A program made the position numbers and the translations under genes. Below the pieces are notes generated by a model. It was given only the letters and a program-made list of their open reading frames with translations, was not told where the DNA came from and made no database searches. A DNA stretch of 63,982 nt from a virus (Duplodnaviria; Caudoviricetes): positions 1-63,982 of IMG/VR virus record IMGVR_UViG_3300033182_000145. One strand, 5' to 3'. Position 1 is the first letter of the stretch. Each line of letters starts with the position of its first letter. Below are positions 53,293 through 63,300 of this stretch, in pieces.

Positions 53293-54251
53293 TGCCAAAT
53301 AAGTATACCAAAGCTGTAGCTGTTACTCCTAACGATAGTAATGACTTAACTACAGTTACAGATGGTATCTATGTAGGAGCTGGATGTTATACCAATGGTA
53401 TAGACAACCTCCATTCTTCTATTACAACAGATGCTGGAGAACCTGTTGGATGGTGGAGGGCTGATGATAACACAGGAAACTCCTTAAACAACAGAGGAAG
53501 CGATTCTACTCCCGCTGTAGCCTCTACCTCTGGCAGCACTGTCCCTCCTAATACAGCAACGTTAAATGAAAAGAATGAATTAGATTTTAACGGTACTGAT
53601 CAATACATTTCTGTTGCTGATTCTTCTGTCTACAGATTGGGAACAGGTGAGTTTAGTTTGGTTATTGTTTTTAGTTTAGATAATGTTACTACTGAGCAGT
53701 TTATTTGGTGCAAGGACAATATTAATAGTGACTGGGGTTTGTATATTGATAGGTATGGTTATCTCCAGTTTAAAACTAATGACTCTCCTGATTTAGCTAG
53801 CACTAGTACCCTTTCAACAGGAACTACTTATATTGTAGAAATCAGTAAGGACTCAAATGATGATGGTCATATGTACATTAATGGTACTTTGGTAGACTCT
53901 GAGACGGATGCCTTTGATACTTTCGATGCTACACTAACAGATACTATGTACCTTGCTGCTAGACAAGGCCTCATTGATTTATCTAGACATATGAACGGGC
54001 GGATTGCAGAGTTTATTATGTGGGCAGGAGGAAATACTTTGTCTTCAGGAGACAGAACGAGACTTATGGATTACCTGAATGCTCGTTATATTAATACTCC
54101 TCAGTTTGTAGATGTGTCTACTATTGTTGCGGACAATACTAGCAATGTAGATACCAAGAGATTAGAGAGGGGTGTTGTCCATCCTCTTAAGATTTCAAGA
54201 GTGCGTAGTACGGGGACTAACGGAACAAGTATTGTAGCACTTTACGAATAG
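53292..54251 (+). CDS. Spike-base-like protein with an inserted LamG/concanavalin A-like domain
   Basis: N- and C-termini align with the preceding 87-aa protein; the middle has WWRAD, LDFNGTDQY, MYINGTLV and NGRIAEFIMW. Confidence 0.7.
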   Translation: MPNKYTKAVAVTPNDSNDLTTVTDGIYVGAGCYTNGIDNLHSSITTDAGEPVGWWRADDNTGNSLNNRGSDSTPAVASTSGSTVPPNTATLNEKNELDFNGTDQYISVADSSVYRLGTGEFSLVIVFSLDNVTTEQFIWCKDNINSDWGLYIDRYGYLQFKTNDSPDLASTSTLSTGTTYIVEISKDSNDDGHMYINGTLVDSETDAFDTFDATLTDTMYLAARQGLIDLSRHMNGRIAEFIMWAGGNTLSSGDRTRLMDYLNARYINTPQFVDVSTIVADNTSNVDTKRLERGVVHPLKISRVRSTGTNGTSIVALYE

Positions 54252-54261
54252 GAGCCATGTC

Positions 54262-54468
54262 ATGGAGACAAATGGGTGGGATCAGTATAAAAGACTAGTA
54301 ATCCATGAGCTTGAAAGAAACAATAATCGATTAGAAAAACTTGACAAGAGGTTAGCCAGTATTGAACATCGGCTCGCTGTACTACATACGAAGATGTATG
54401 TGGCTGCCTTCGTGGCAAGTTGTGTTTTAACTGCGGGATTGAATTTCATTTTCGCGGCAATTAGATAA
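54262..54468 (+). CDS. Coiled coil plus C-terminal TM protein (possible holin-like)
   Basis: 68 aa; AGGAG RBS; hydrophobic C-terminus. Confidence 0.55.
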   Translation: METNGWDQYKRLVIHELERNNNRLEKLDKRLASIEHRLAVLHTKMYVAAFVASCVLTAGLNFIFAAIR

Positions 54469-54508
54469 TCAGACTCTCAACGGGGGAATAATCTGATAGG
54501 AGATTTAA

Positions 54509-55459
54509 ATGACAGACCAGAACAACGAATATGTGACTCCTCATTCCGAGGATACTCCTGATGTTTTACAGGAACAGATTACGGAACAGGAACAATCACT
54601 AACGAGTGATCCTAATGAGATTGCTTTACTAAAGGAAAGACAGGCTTTTGAAACCTACGTTCAAAACAGTGGAGACAGTATCCCTGCAAACTTCAAGGAT
54701 GCTGGAGCTTGGTTTGATAGTTTAAAGGAAGCCCAGAAGCAGTATACTCAGTCTAGACAGGAGATTGCAGATCTCAAGGCCCAGTATGCTGAGAATGGTG
54801 CGCAGAATCCTAACTATACTGAGCAGCCCACCGAAAGCCCTGCACCCGCTCCAGAGCCCATGTTAACTGATGAGTTAAGAATTCCTGAGGTTACTCAGGA
54901 GGAGCCTGAAATAGAGCAGATTAAAGGTATTCCTGAAGATGAGTATAAGAAGTGGGGCGCTGAACTGGCAACGACTGGTAAGTTATCTCCAGAAACTAGA
55001 GAAACGATTAAGAACATGACTGGGTTTACTGAGTCCATGATCAATGATTATGAAATGGCTCAGCATGCTCGGTTAAAGAATAGATTTGATGAAGCAGCTC
55101 AGGTTGTGGGCGGTAGAGAACAGTTAGACAAGATATTTAAGTGGGCTACTACTTCTCTCAACGCTGAAGAAAGGGCTGCTATTAATATTGGATTGTCTTC
55201 ACCTCAGTACGATATCACTCTCCGGGGGCTGGCAGCAAAGTACAATGAAAGTGTGACGGCTACTAAGGCCAAGGAGCCGTCTATCACTAGAGGAAATGCT
55301 ACCTCAGTATCCGCTACAGATACGGGTTTTATAGGTTATAAGACCCATAGAGAGTTTAAGGCTGACAGAAACAATCCTAAGTATCAGCTGGATCCTAAGT
55401 TTAGACAGGCGGTAGAGCAGAGAATGGCTCGCACCAACTGGAATAACTTACCAGCTTAA
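54509..55459 (+). CDS. Capsid scaffolding protein (T7 gp9-like)
   Basis: Acidic; VVGGREQLDKIFKWA; C-terminal NPKYQLDPKFRQAVEQRM; directly before the capsid gene. Confidence 0.9.
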   Translation: MTDQNNEYVTPHSEDTPDVLQEQITEQEQSLTSDPNEIALLKERQAFETYVQNSGDSIPANFKDAGAWFDSLKEAQKQYTQSRQEIADLKAQYAENGAQNPNYTEQPTESPAPAPEPMLTDELRIPEVTQEEPEIEQIKGIPEDEYKKWGAELATTGKLSPETRETIKNMTGFTESMINDYEMAQHARLKNRFDEAAQVVGGREQLDKIFKWATTSLNAEERAAINIGLSSPQYDITLRGLAAKYNESVTATKAKEPSITRGNATSVSATDTGFIGYKTHREFKADRNNPKYQLDPKFRQAVEQRMARTNWNNLPA

Positions 55460-55646
55460 GGGTAAAGCGGACCCTAATTTGGAACTGTGTTAACAGGATG
55501 AAATCCCTCCTTGCGAAATGCGGGACAATGGATGCACCAAACCTATACAGGTCCGCCTCAGAAAAGGACTCCTTTGGAATAATCCTAACTGTTGAACTAT
55601 AATCCGTGATAATAGTTTTATTTTATTTCAATAAAGGAGCACAAAT

Positions 55647-56909
55647 ATGAGTGCTGCAAGTAGTTTAACTCAAGGGCATTTAGCCTATAGAGAGAATGTC
55701 GGAGCCGCAACTTCCGGTTCCGCTTATAGTTCCGGCGTGACCGCCGGTAAGCTTTGGCTGCCGATTTGGTCAGGCGAAGTTATTAATGCGTATGATGAGT
55801 ACAACATGTTTGAGAAGCTGGTCACCGCTCGCACCATTGCTAGCGGAACCACGATGGAATTCCCCATCACCGGTACTGTTAACCTGAATCCTTCTTGGGA
55901 TGCGGGTGAAGAGTTGGTCGGTGGTTCGGATGCACACACCTCGACGTTCGCAGTTTCCTTGGACAAGCGTCCGATGGCTGCTCACTTCGAGCTTGACAAC
56001 GTTGACCTTATGCTGACTCAGTGGGAGTACCGCAACGAACTGGCAAGACAGGCTGCTCTGACTCTGGCTAACACCAGAGACAAGCAGATTTACTCTTACC
56101 TCGTTCGTGCTGCTGTTTCTAGTCAGATTGCAAATGATCCTCGTCCTTCGCTGAACTTAGATGAGGCATTATATGGGGATGATAGTACTGGTTCAAAGAA
56201 GCTTTCTTCGTGGGGTACTTCTGGTGCAGCTGCGGCTGATCGGGCAACTGGTGCTCTGTCGGCTCTTGAACAGGTTGAGAAGTACATTGTTTACCTTCAG
56301 GAAAACAATGTTCCTTATGATAGGCTGTATATGGCTGTTAGCCCGCAGTGTTTCATGGACATCCGTTCGCTGGGTGTTGCTCGGGCTTCGTCCGATCTCA
56401 ACTCTGGTGGTCGTCAGATGTACTTCGCTGGTAACACCGATGGTGGTTTCGGTACTGGTCTTGGTGGACCTCTGACCGATGCTTATGGTCAGATGCATGA
56501 CTCGCTTGAGTACATGGGTTGCACCATCATCAAGACGAACCACGGTTCGGATCAGCTTAGAGATACCTCTGGCGGTAATACCCTTGGTGAGGACAAGTAC
56601 AACCTTGACTTCTTGATGGGTATGACGGATTCGGCCACCGAAACTACTGGTGTTCGTGCTGTTATGTTCACGCCTGATGCAGTTGCCTCCCTTAGACTTA
56701 TGGGGCTGAAGGTTGACACTGTTGACGATGTGCGTCGAAACACGACCTTCACGGTCGCTTCGATGATGCAGGGTACTGGCGTTCTGCGTCCTGAGTGTGC
56801 TGCAATTATCCATGCTGGTGACGCAGGTCACGCTGACAACGATACGAGAGCAGAGCTTCGAGGAGCTACAAAGCTTGATGTCGATGCTGATGGCTACGCT
56901 CAGCAGTGA
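55647..56909 (+). CDS. Major capsid protein (T7 gp10-like)
   Basis: WSGEV..AY, RTIASGTTMEFPITG, LANTRD, GTGVLRPECA; AAAGGAG RBS; downstream terminator. Confidence 0.95.
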   Translation: MSAASSLTQGHLAYRENVGAATSGSAYSSGVTAGKLWLPIWSGEVINAYDEYNMFEKLVTARTIASGTTMEFPITGTVNLNPSWDAGEELVGGSDAHTSTFAVSLDKRPMAAHFELDNVDLMLTQWEYRNELARQAALTLANTRDKQIYSYLVRAAVSSQIANDPRPSLNLDEALYGDDSTGSKKLSSWGTSGAAAADRATGALSALEQVEKYIVYLQENNVPYDRLYMAVSPQCFMDIRSLGVARASSDLNSGGRQMYFAGNTDGGFGTGLGGPLTDAYGQMHDSLEYMGCTIIKTNHGSDQLRDTSGGNTLGEDKYNLDFLMGMTDSATETTGVRAVMFTPDAVASLRLMGLKVDTVDDVRRNTTFTVASMMQGTGVLRPECAAIIHAGDAGHADNDTRAELRGATKLDVDADGYAQQ

Positions 56910-56950
56910 TTAAATTAGCGTAACAGTTTAGTTACGCTATTCATGCACAA

Positions 56951-56989
56951 ACCCCCGCTGCCCCACGTTGGGTGGCGGGGGTCTTTTTT
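56951..56989 (+). terminator. Rho-independent terminator after the capsid gene (T-phi position)
   Basis: acccccgctgccc-cacgtt-gggtggcgggggt followed by ctttttt; a second 9-bp hairpin lies at 56916-56939. Confidence 0.88.
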
Positions 56990-57003
56990 AAAAGGAGATT
57001 CTT

Positions 57004-57660
57004 ATGGGTGTTATTTCTAGACTAGATGCTGTTAACCATATGCTTTTGTTAGCAGGAGAATCTCTTGTTTCTGATTTAGAAAACAACAGCGGTCTAGATA
57101 CTGAGGTTGCTGAATTTATTTTAGATAGGTTTATTGAGGATTTCCAACTCAGAGGTCTTGCTAATAATACTTTCGTTAGGAAAGAAAACCTTCCCTCAGA
57201 AGGTAAGATTCGGCTGCCAGCAGATACTATCTCAGCAGAGTTAACCTCTCGTCATAATAACGACGATGGTTGGCGTATTGTTGGGTTAGTCAAGGGACAC
57301 CCTGTTAAGTATCTGTTTAATATGACAGATCAAAAGTATGAGTGGAAGCCTGATATTGATTACTATATTGAAATTATCCATACTATTTCTTGGGATGATA
57401 TGGATACTCCTGTTCAGCGTGGTATCTTAGCTGCTGCTGCTAGGCAGTATCAAATGGTTACTCAGGGAGATGGGGATACTGATGTGTATCTGTCTGACCT
57501 TGAGGCTTTACATGTAACCAACTCAAAGGCTTCGATCTTAGATAACAAGAATAAAAATGTATTTAGTTCAGGTAGTAGAAAACTTAGAAATATTTTCAAT
57601 AGTCGAACAGGGTCTAATGATCCCGGTCGATTTAGGTTCTGGCGAACGACGGGAGGCTGA
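57004..57660 (+). CDS. Tail tubular protein A (T7 gp11-like)
   Basis: SRLDAVNHMLL.AGE..V..LE start; I...AARQYQ...GD. Confidence 0.9.
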   Translation: MGVISRLDAVNHMLLLAGESLVSDLENNSGLDTEVAEFILDRFIEDFQLRGLANNTFVRKENLPSEGKIRLPADTISAELTSRHNNDDGWRIVGLVKGHPVKYLFNMTDQKYEWKPDIDYYIEIIHTISWDDMDTPVQRGILAAAARQYQMVTQGDGDTDVYLSDLEALHVTNSKASILDNKNKNVFSSGSRKLRNIFNSRTGSNDPGRFRFWRTTGG

Positions 57661-57662
57661 CC

Positions 57663-60347
57663 ATGGCAATGGGATCTAATCCAGCTAGAAAGAGACAGTC
57701 GTATTTTCCAGTCAAGATACCGTTGAATACGCTAAGCTCTGGTGTAGGTAGGCAGGCTCCTTCTAAGAGGCTCCCTACTGAAGCAGAAGAACTAGAGAAT
57801 ATGTTCTGCACGAATGAAAGATCTATAGATAAAAGATCTGGGTTCAGTCCTGTTGGGGGAACCTACGAACACGGAGAGTTAGGTATTACAGTAGATGAAG
57901 AAAATAATGGTTTGTGGTATTATTGGTTTGAAATAAGTGAGGATGTTAACTATTTATTTGTGATTGACTACAACGCTACACAGAATACTGACCAATTATT
58001 CTACGTCTATCAGATTAGGGAAGATAGTATTGTTCCTCAAGCTGTCCAAACCGGGAATAATATTGATCCAGAGGTTAGAGCCTACATTACGTTTGGTAAT
58101 GGGAACCCTAAGGATGTTCTTCGTGCTGTTAGTATTGGTTCTTCTATTGTTATTCTGAATACATTGGTAAAGGCTGGGTTTACTTCCGATGGAAAGCTCA
58201 GGCAACAAGGGGATGAAGGGAATGTATATAATCTTTACAACCTTGATGGTACTTTAAGTCAAGAGATTGATAAGAAGGGGCAGCCTGTAACCTATACTAC
58301 TACTGTAAAGGTAGATCCCAAGGGTGTTGCTGAACAGTACAACCCGGCAAGGGCATATATCTGGGGTGACCAGTTTATCGCAGACTCTTCATTAGGTACT
58401 GATTTTGATGATGGGTATATTTATGAAAAAACAGGAGGGTCTAGCCCAGAGAATCCAGCTCCTACTCATTTAGATGCTAGTGGATGGACTAAGAAGCATC
58501 AGTCTGAGTTTATTCCTGTTGAAGAATATATCTATCCAGACGCTACCAAGCCATACTTTGGTCAGTCTGTTACTAAGTTTAGTGACTTAAGGTTTCCTCC
58601 GAATGGGGATAACGTGGCAACTACCGGAGATAGCTTCTTAGCTAATGGTGCTAATGATATGCTCAAAGAATTGTATCCTGATGATGGCCCTACTGCTGAA
58701 GCATATAAAGGAATGGGTAAGATTTACTATCTAAGCCAGACCTATCTCTCAAGTACTCCGGGCTGGTATAGGGTGGTGGATGAGGTTAATAAACCCTACC
58801 TTAAAAAGGTCCGTACTCCTGATAAGATGTCGGTTTTAGATAGTCGACGAATGCCTATGCAAATCTTTATCTCCACAGAAGAAAGTGAAGATCTGCCTAA
58901 TGGTGGATGGAGAATGAGAAAGATTGATTGGGATCCTAGAACCGCAGGAACTGCTGTTAGTAACCCCGGACCTTCGGTGTTTACCGACTCTGATGGCAAT
59001 GCAGTTCAGAAAGAACTTAAGGCTATCGCTTACTATAGAGATAGGCTCTTCTTTGCTACAGACGACACGCTGTTTTCCTCTGTTCTGGGAGACTTTGATA
59101 ACTTTTTTGTTACTGATCCCGCTGAGATTGAGTTTAGAGATCCTATTGATCTAAATGTCTCGTCTAATAAGTACACCCCAATTACTTGGCTGGTGCCTTA
59201 TCGAGACTTCTTATTCCTAGCAACATCGGGTGAGACGCAGTATGAGCTGTTGGGATCTGAGAACCAGATCTCTCCACTCTCTTCAGAGATTGCTCCTACG
59301 TCTTTCTTCCCCATGGCAGATGAGATCTCTCCAATCCTTTTGAATAACAACCTGTTCTTCTATGCAAAGAATAGACTCTACATTTACTTCGGAAGCACGG
59401 TTGAGAGTACTCAGCAAGCCTTTGAGGTATCTCGATCATGTCCGGGCTACTTACCCAATGAGTTTTGGGATACCACGGTATCAGCTTCACATAATACTTT
59501 GTTTGTGGTTGGTGGGTCAGGCCCTAGTAAAGATATCTTCTGTTTTAGAAATGTTATTTCCCAAGAAAAGATTGTCCAAAACGCTTTCTTTAAACATACT
59601 GTATCTACAGGAGATATCCAATCTATAAACACCATTGGAGATTATCTTTATACTGTAACTGTTGAAAGCTTTAAAGGTAACCCGCGCTCATTAGTAATAA
59701 ATAAGATGTATATGTATCCAGATGAGAAGACTGTATATCGTTTAGATAATCAAGTAACTCCCTCCTTTGATGTAGAATTAATTAACAACAATACTATACT
59801 ATTTTTTACTGAAATGTATAACAGCTGGGATACATGTGTTATTACAAACGGAGATAGAAAAGGAGATGTGTTTAGAATCTCTAGGCGACAAGACTTAGAT
59901 ACAGACACTCAAGTTGCTTATGAGATGGACACCATCGGGCAGGGGATTGGTGAGATCTACTCTCTTGTTGTTGGAAACAAGTACACTGCTAAGGCTGAAC
60001 TATCCTCTATTTATTTAAGAGACGAGGGTAATAACGTTATCCCCGGAACTTTAAACCTACGGTATGGGGTATTCAGGCATCATGAAACAGGTATGTATGA
60101 TGTAGAAGTATCTAGAAAAAATAGAGACCCGGTTACTTTAAGCTACAATCCTCTTTATATTGGAGAGGTAGACGCTTATTATAATAGAGATATATTCACC
60201 GAGAACGGTGTGTTTAAATTTAATATCTTAGGATTTTCAGAGGATGTAAAGATTACTATCCTTAGTGATTACATTTATCCCATGAATATTACAAACATGG
60301 AATTTACTGGTAAGTTTAAGAGGATTCCGCACTTCTTAACCGCATAG
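57663..60347 (+). CDS. Tail tubular protein B (T7 gp12-like)
   Basis: L.SGVGRQ, W.PR.AG....NP.PS, YYRDRL.F, DPID, Q.AF.K; position and size. Confidence 0.9.
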   Translation: MAMGSNPARKRQSYFPVKIPLNTLSSGVGRQAPSKRLPTEAEELENMFCTNERSIDKRSGFSPVGGTYEHGELGITVDEENNGLWYYWFEISEDVNYLFVIDYNATQNTDQLFYVYQIREDSIVPQAVQTGNNIDPEVRAYITFGNGNPKDVLRAVSIGSSIVILNTLVKAGFTSDGKLRQQGDEGNVYNLYNLDGTLSQEIDKKGQPVTYTTTVKVDPKGVAEQYNPARAYIWGDQFIADSSLGTDFDDGYIYEKTGGSSPENPAPTHLDASGWTKKHQSEFIPVEEYIYPDATKPYFGQSVTKFSDLRFPPNGDNVATTGDSFLANGANDMLKELYPDDGPTAEAYKGMGKIYYLSQTYLSSTPGWYRVVDEVNKPYLKKVRTPDKMSVLDSRRMPMQIFISTEESEDLPNGGWRMRKIDWDPRTAGTAVSNPGPSVFTDSDGNAVQKELKAIAYYRDRLFFATDDTLFSSVLGDFDNFFVTDPAEIEFRDPIDLNVSSNKYTPITWLVPYRDFLFLATSGETQYELLGSENQISPLSSEIAPTSFFPMADEISPILLNNNLFFYAKNRLYIYFGSTVESTQQAFEVSRSCPGYLPNEFWDTTVSASHNTLFVVGGSGPSKDIFCFRNVISQEKIVQNAFFKHTVSTGDIQSINTIGDYLYTVTVESFKGNPRSLVINKMYMYPDEKTVYRLDNQVTPSFDVELINNNTILFFTEMYNSWDTCVITNGDRKGDVFRISRRQDLDTDTQVAYEMDTIGQGIGEIYSLVVGNKYTAKAELSSIYLRDEGNNVIPGTLNLRYGVFRHHETGMYDVEVSRKNRDPVTLSYNPLYIGEVDAYYNRDIFTENGVFKFNILGFSEDVKITILSDYIYPMNITNMEFTGKFKRIPHFLTA

Positions 60348-60360
60348 AGGAGAAACACTC

Positions 60361-63300
60361 GTGGCATATGATAACATATCAACCCGTACATCTTTCATTA
60401 AGTTTACGGGCCAAGACGTAATCGATAGTAACTACACTATTTTTTACGATAGTATTATTAATCCGGCTGATCAGATTAGCATGTCTCTGGATGATCAGGA
60501 TGAAATAGTTGTTGTAAGAAAGTTTGATACGTCTACTATTTCTGACTCGGATTATACCCACAGTACTAATCCTGTTACGGCTAGCGAGGCTTGGTCTTGC
60601 TGGACTCTCCCAAATAGCTCAGACAGCGGTAGCTCTATGTACAGTATTAATACGGTTAATAGGTCTATTACATTCAATACAACAACTGCTGATGGTGAGT
60701 GGACATGGACTACTGAACAGAGTGGACGGAGTGCGGATATTGACTTGCCGTCTATTGCTGCTGCGGATACTATTTATATTCTTAGAAAGACGTACAGTTT
60801 AGATAAGTTTGTGGAGTTTACGAGTGGCTCTAGAATTAACGCTAACAACCTGAACTATATCGTCGACCAGTTAATGTTCTTGGCTCAGGAAGTTACTGAT
60901 GGTTTCTATAATATCCAAGAGTTTAACCCGGCATTCGGTATGCCTAATGGTGTGCCGTTATTAGATTCCACTGGTAAGTTAGATAATACACTGATGAGTG
61001 TGGCTACTGAGGATGGTGTTCAGGGAACAGGTTCCTCAACGGATAAGATTCGTCTTAATCTTGCTGATGATTCGTTAGCTATTTCTGGTGAGCAGGTTAA
61101 GGTTAACACCAACGATACATTAACCTCGACTTCCACCACTCAGCCCCTGTCTGCAAATCAGGGGAAAGAACTTAAAGCAACTATTGATGCTCTTTCTGCC
61201 GGTGTCACTTATAAGGGGGTGATTGACATTGACAACGGTGCTAGTCAGGCGGCTCCTTCGGCCGTTGCTGGAGATACTTATGATATTATTGAAACAGACG
61301 GTGGTGGATCGACTATTACTCTAACTAACTTTAACTCTTTATCTGTCAGTGCTGGTGATATCATTAGATATTCCGGTAGTGCTTGGGTTGAAGTTGATAG
61401 ATCAGCTGCTTATGTAAGACAGGATGGATCCACGCCTCTTACAGGCAACTGGAATGCAGGAACCTTTAGTATTACAGGTAAGACAGAGGCTGTTACCGAT
61501 AGTAGTACAAAGCTTGCTAGTACCGCTTTTGTTAAGAGCCTTGATTTAGCAGACTTTGCTGATGTCACAGACTACGGTGGAGGTACTAATGGTCATGTCT
61601 TAAAGAGAGTGTCTGGTGCGTGGGTAAGCGTTAGTCCTTCTGATGGAACAAATGGTGTTTCTCTTAATGATTTAAAAGATGTAACGGCTCCCAGTCCTGC
61701 TACAGGTCACTTCTTAAAGTGGACGGGGAGTACATGGGAATCAGCTGCCAGCGGAAGCGTTGTAGCAATTGCTAATACTTCTGGAGGAACAGCTGATGGA
61801 ACTACCGATGACCAGTCTTCTTTAGATACTGCATTAAATAGTGTGGGTATTGCTGGTGGATCTGCGTCAACGAATGCTTTATTGGGATCTCTTGATTTGC
61901 AAGGAAGACACTTTGGTGTTGGTTCCGCAGTCGAGACTTTTGAAAAGTTTGATTTCCAGTGGAGGCATGGTAAGTTAAACTGGATTGATACTGATGATGA
62001 TGGGACTACTTCTATGTTAAAATGTCCTACTGAAACCAACTCGGGAGTAACTTATCTTACTACGGCTTCTTCCTCAGGAACTACAAAGATTGAGGTTAAT
62101 AGTGCTAGTAATTTAGCTGCTGGTGATTTAATTCAGTTATATAGTACGGATACCTCTAGTTCAAACTTAGATGTTACTTCTATTGGTGGTGGTGATGTGT
62201 TGGCTAAGGAGCTACACTATATCCACAAGATAGAGGGTACTACTCTGTGGTTAAGAGATCCTTTACAGCATAACTGGAATGCAGGTACTGCAAACTCTAG
62301 GGTTATTAAAAAGGGAAGTGCTTCGAATGCTCAGCAGCAGCCTCACGATATCATTATCGAAGACATGACATTTGAAGATACAGTCCACCATTGGGTAACT
62401 GTTACTGATACTGATGTAGACTTTGATGAAAGTAGTATTGGTGCGCAAATAATCCAAGTAGACAACACTACACATGGAGTAGCTACTGGGGCAAAAGCAA
62501 CTGTAGTAGATGTAATGATTGATCATGATAACTCTGCTTCAAAGTGGACAAGTACACCCTCTTGGGGATGGATCAATGGTAAAGACTTGCCTGTTACAGT
62601 AGTAGATAGTGATACGTGTAAGTTAAATTTTGCTTCTGGAGCTGGAGGCAGCTTTGATACAGGTCAAAGTGGAAACGCGGCTGGCGATGATATCTTAGCT
62701 ATGTTCGGTAAAAGTACTGCTATTCATATTGAAAACGGGTATCGTATTTTATTTAGACGTTGTAGATTTAAGGGCTTTGCAGGTGGTCAGGTTAAACTTA
62801 CTGGCTGCCGAGAAGTTACGTTTGAAGACTGTACCTTTGAAGACATGAAGTGGACTGGAACCTCAGGCAACGCTATTGTCCTGAAGGAGTGTAAAGACAT
62901 TTCCTTTACCAAATGTACCTTTAGAAACGTCAGCCATGGTATTGCTTACGATGGTACGGACTCCTATACGGCTGTCATGGGATTAAAGATTCATGATTGT
63001 GTGTTTGATTCGGTTACGACCGGAGTTCGTAGTATTAATAACGGAATTATGTGGGATGTTTCTGTTAAGAATGTAACTGTTAACTGTACTGCGTTCAATC
63101 CTTATAGAAACTATCCTATTGCTGATGATAACATCTATGCCACTCCTGTTGGTATGGAGCTTATTGGTTTAAAGTTTGATATTGATAACTATAAGTGTGA
63201 CGGTATGACTACTTGGGATGCTGAAGATATGGATGAAACTCATATTGCCTCAGGCCATACAGCAAACTACGGTACAGGAAAGGGATGGTCCACTCGTTGG

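Noticed and set aside
56193-56831. 212-aa minus-strand ORF, and similar ones at 43504-44178, 43067-43630 and 34202-34729
   Set aside because: Antisense shadows of well-supported genes.
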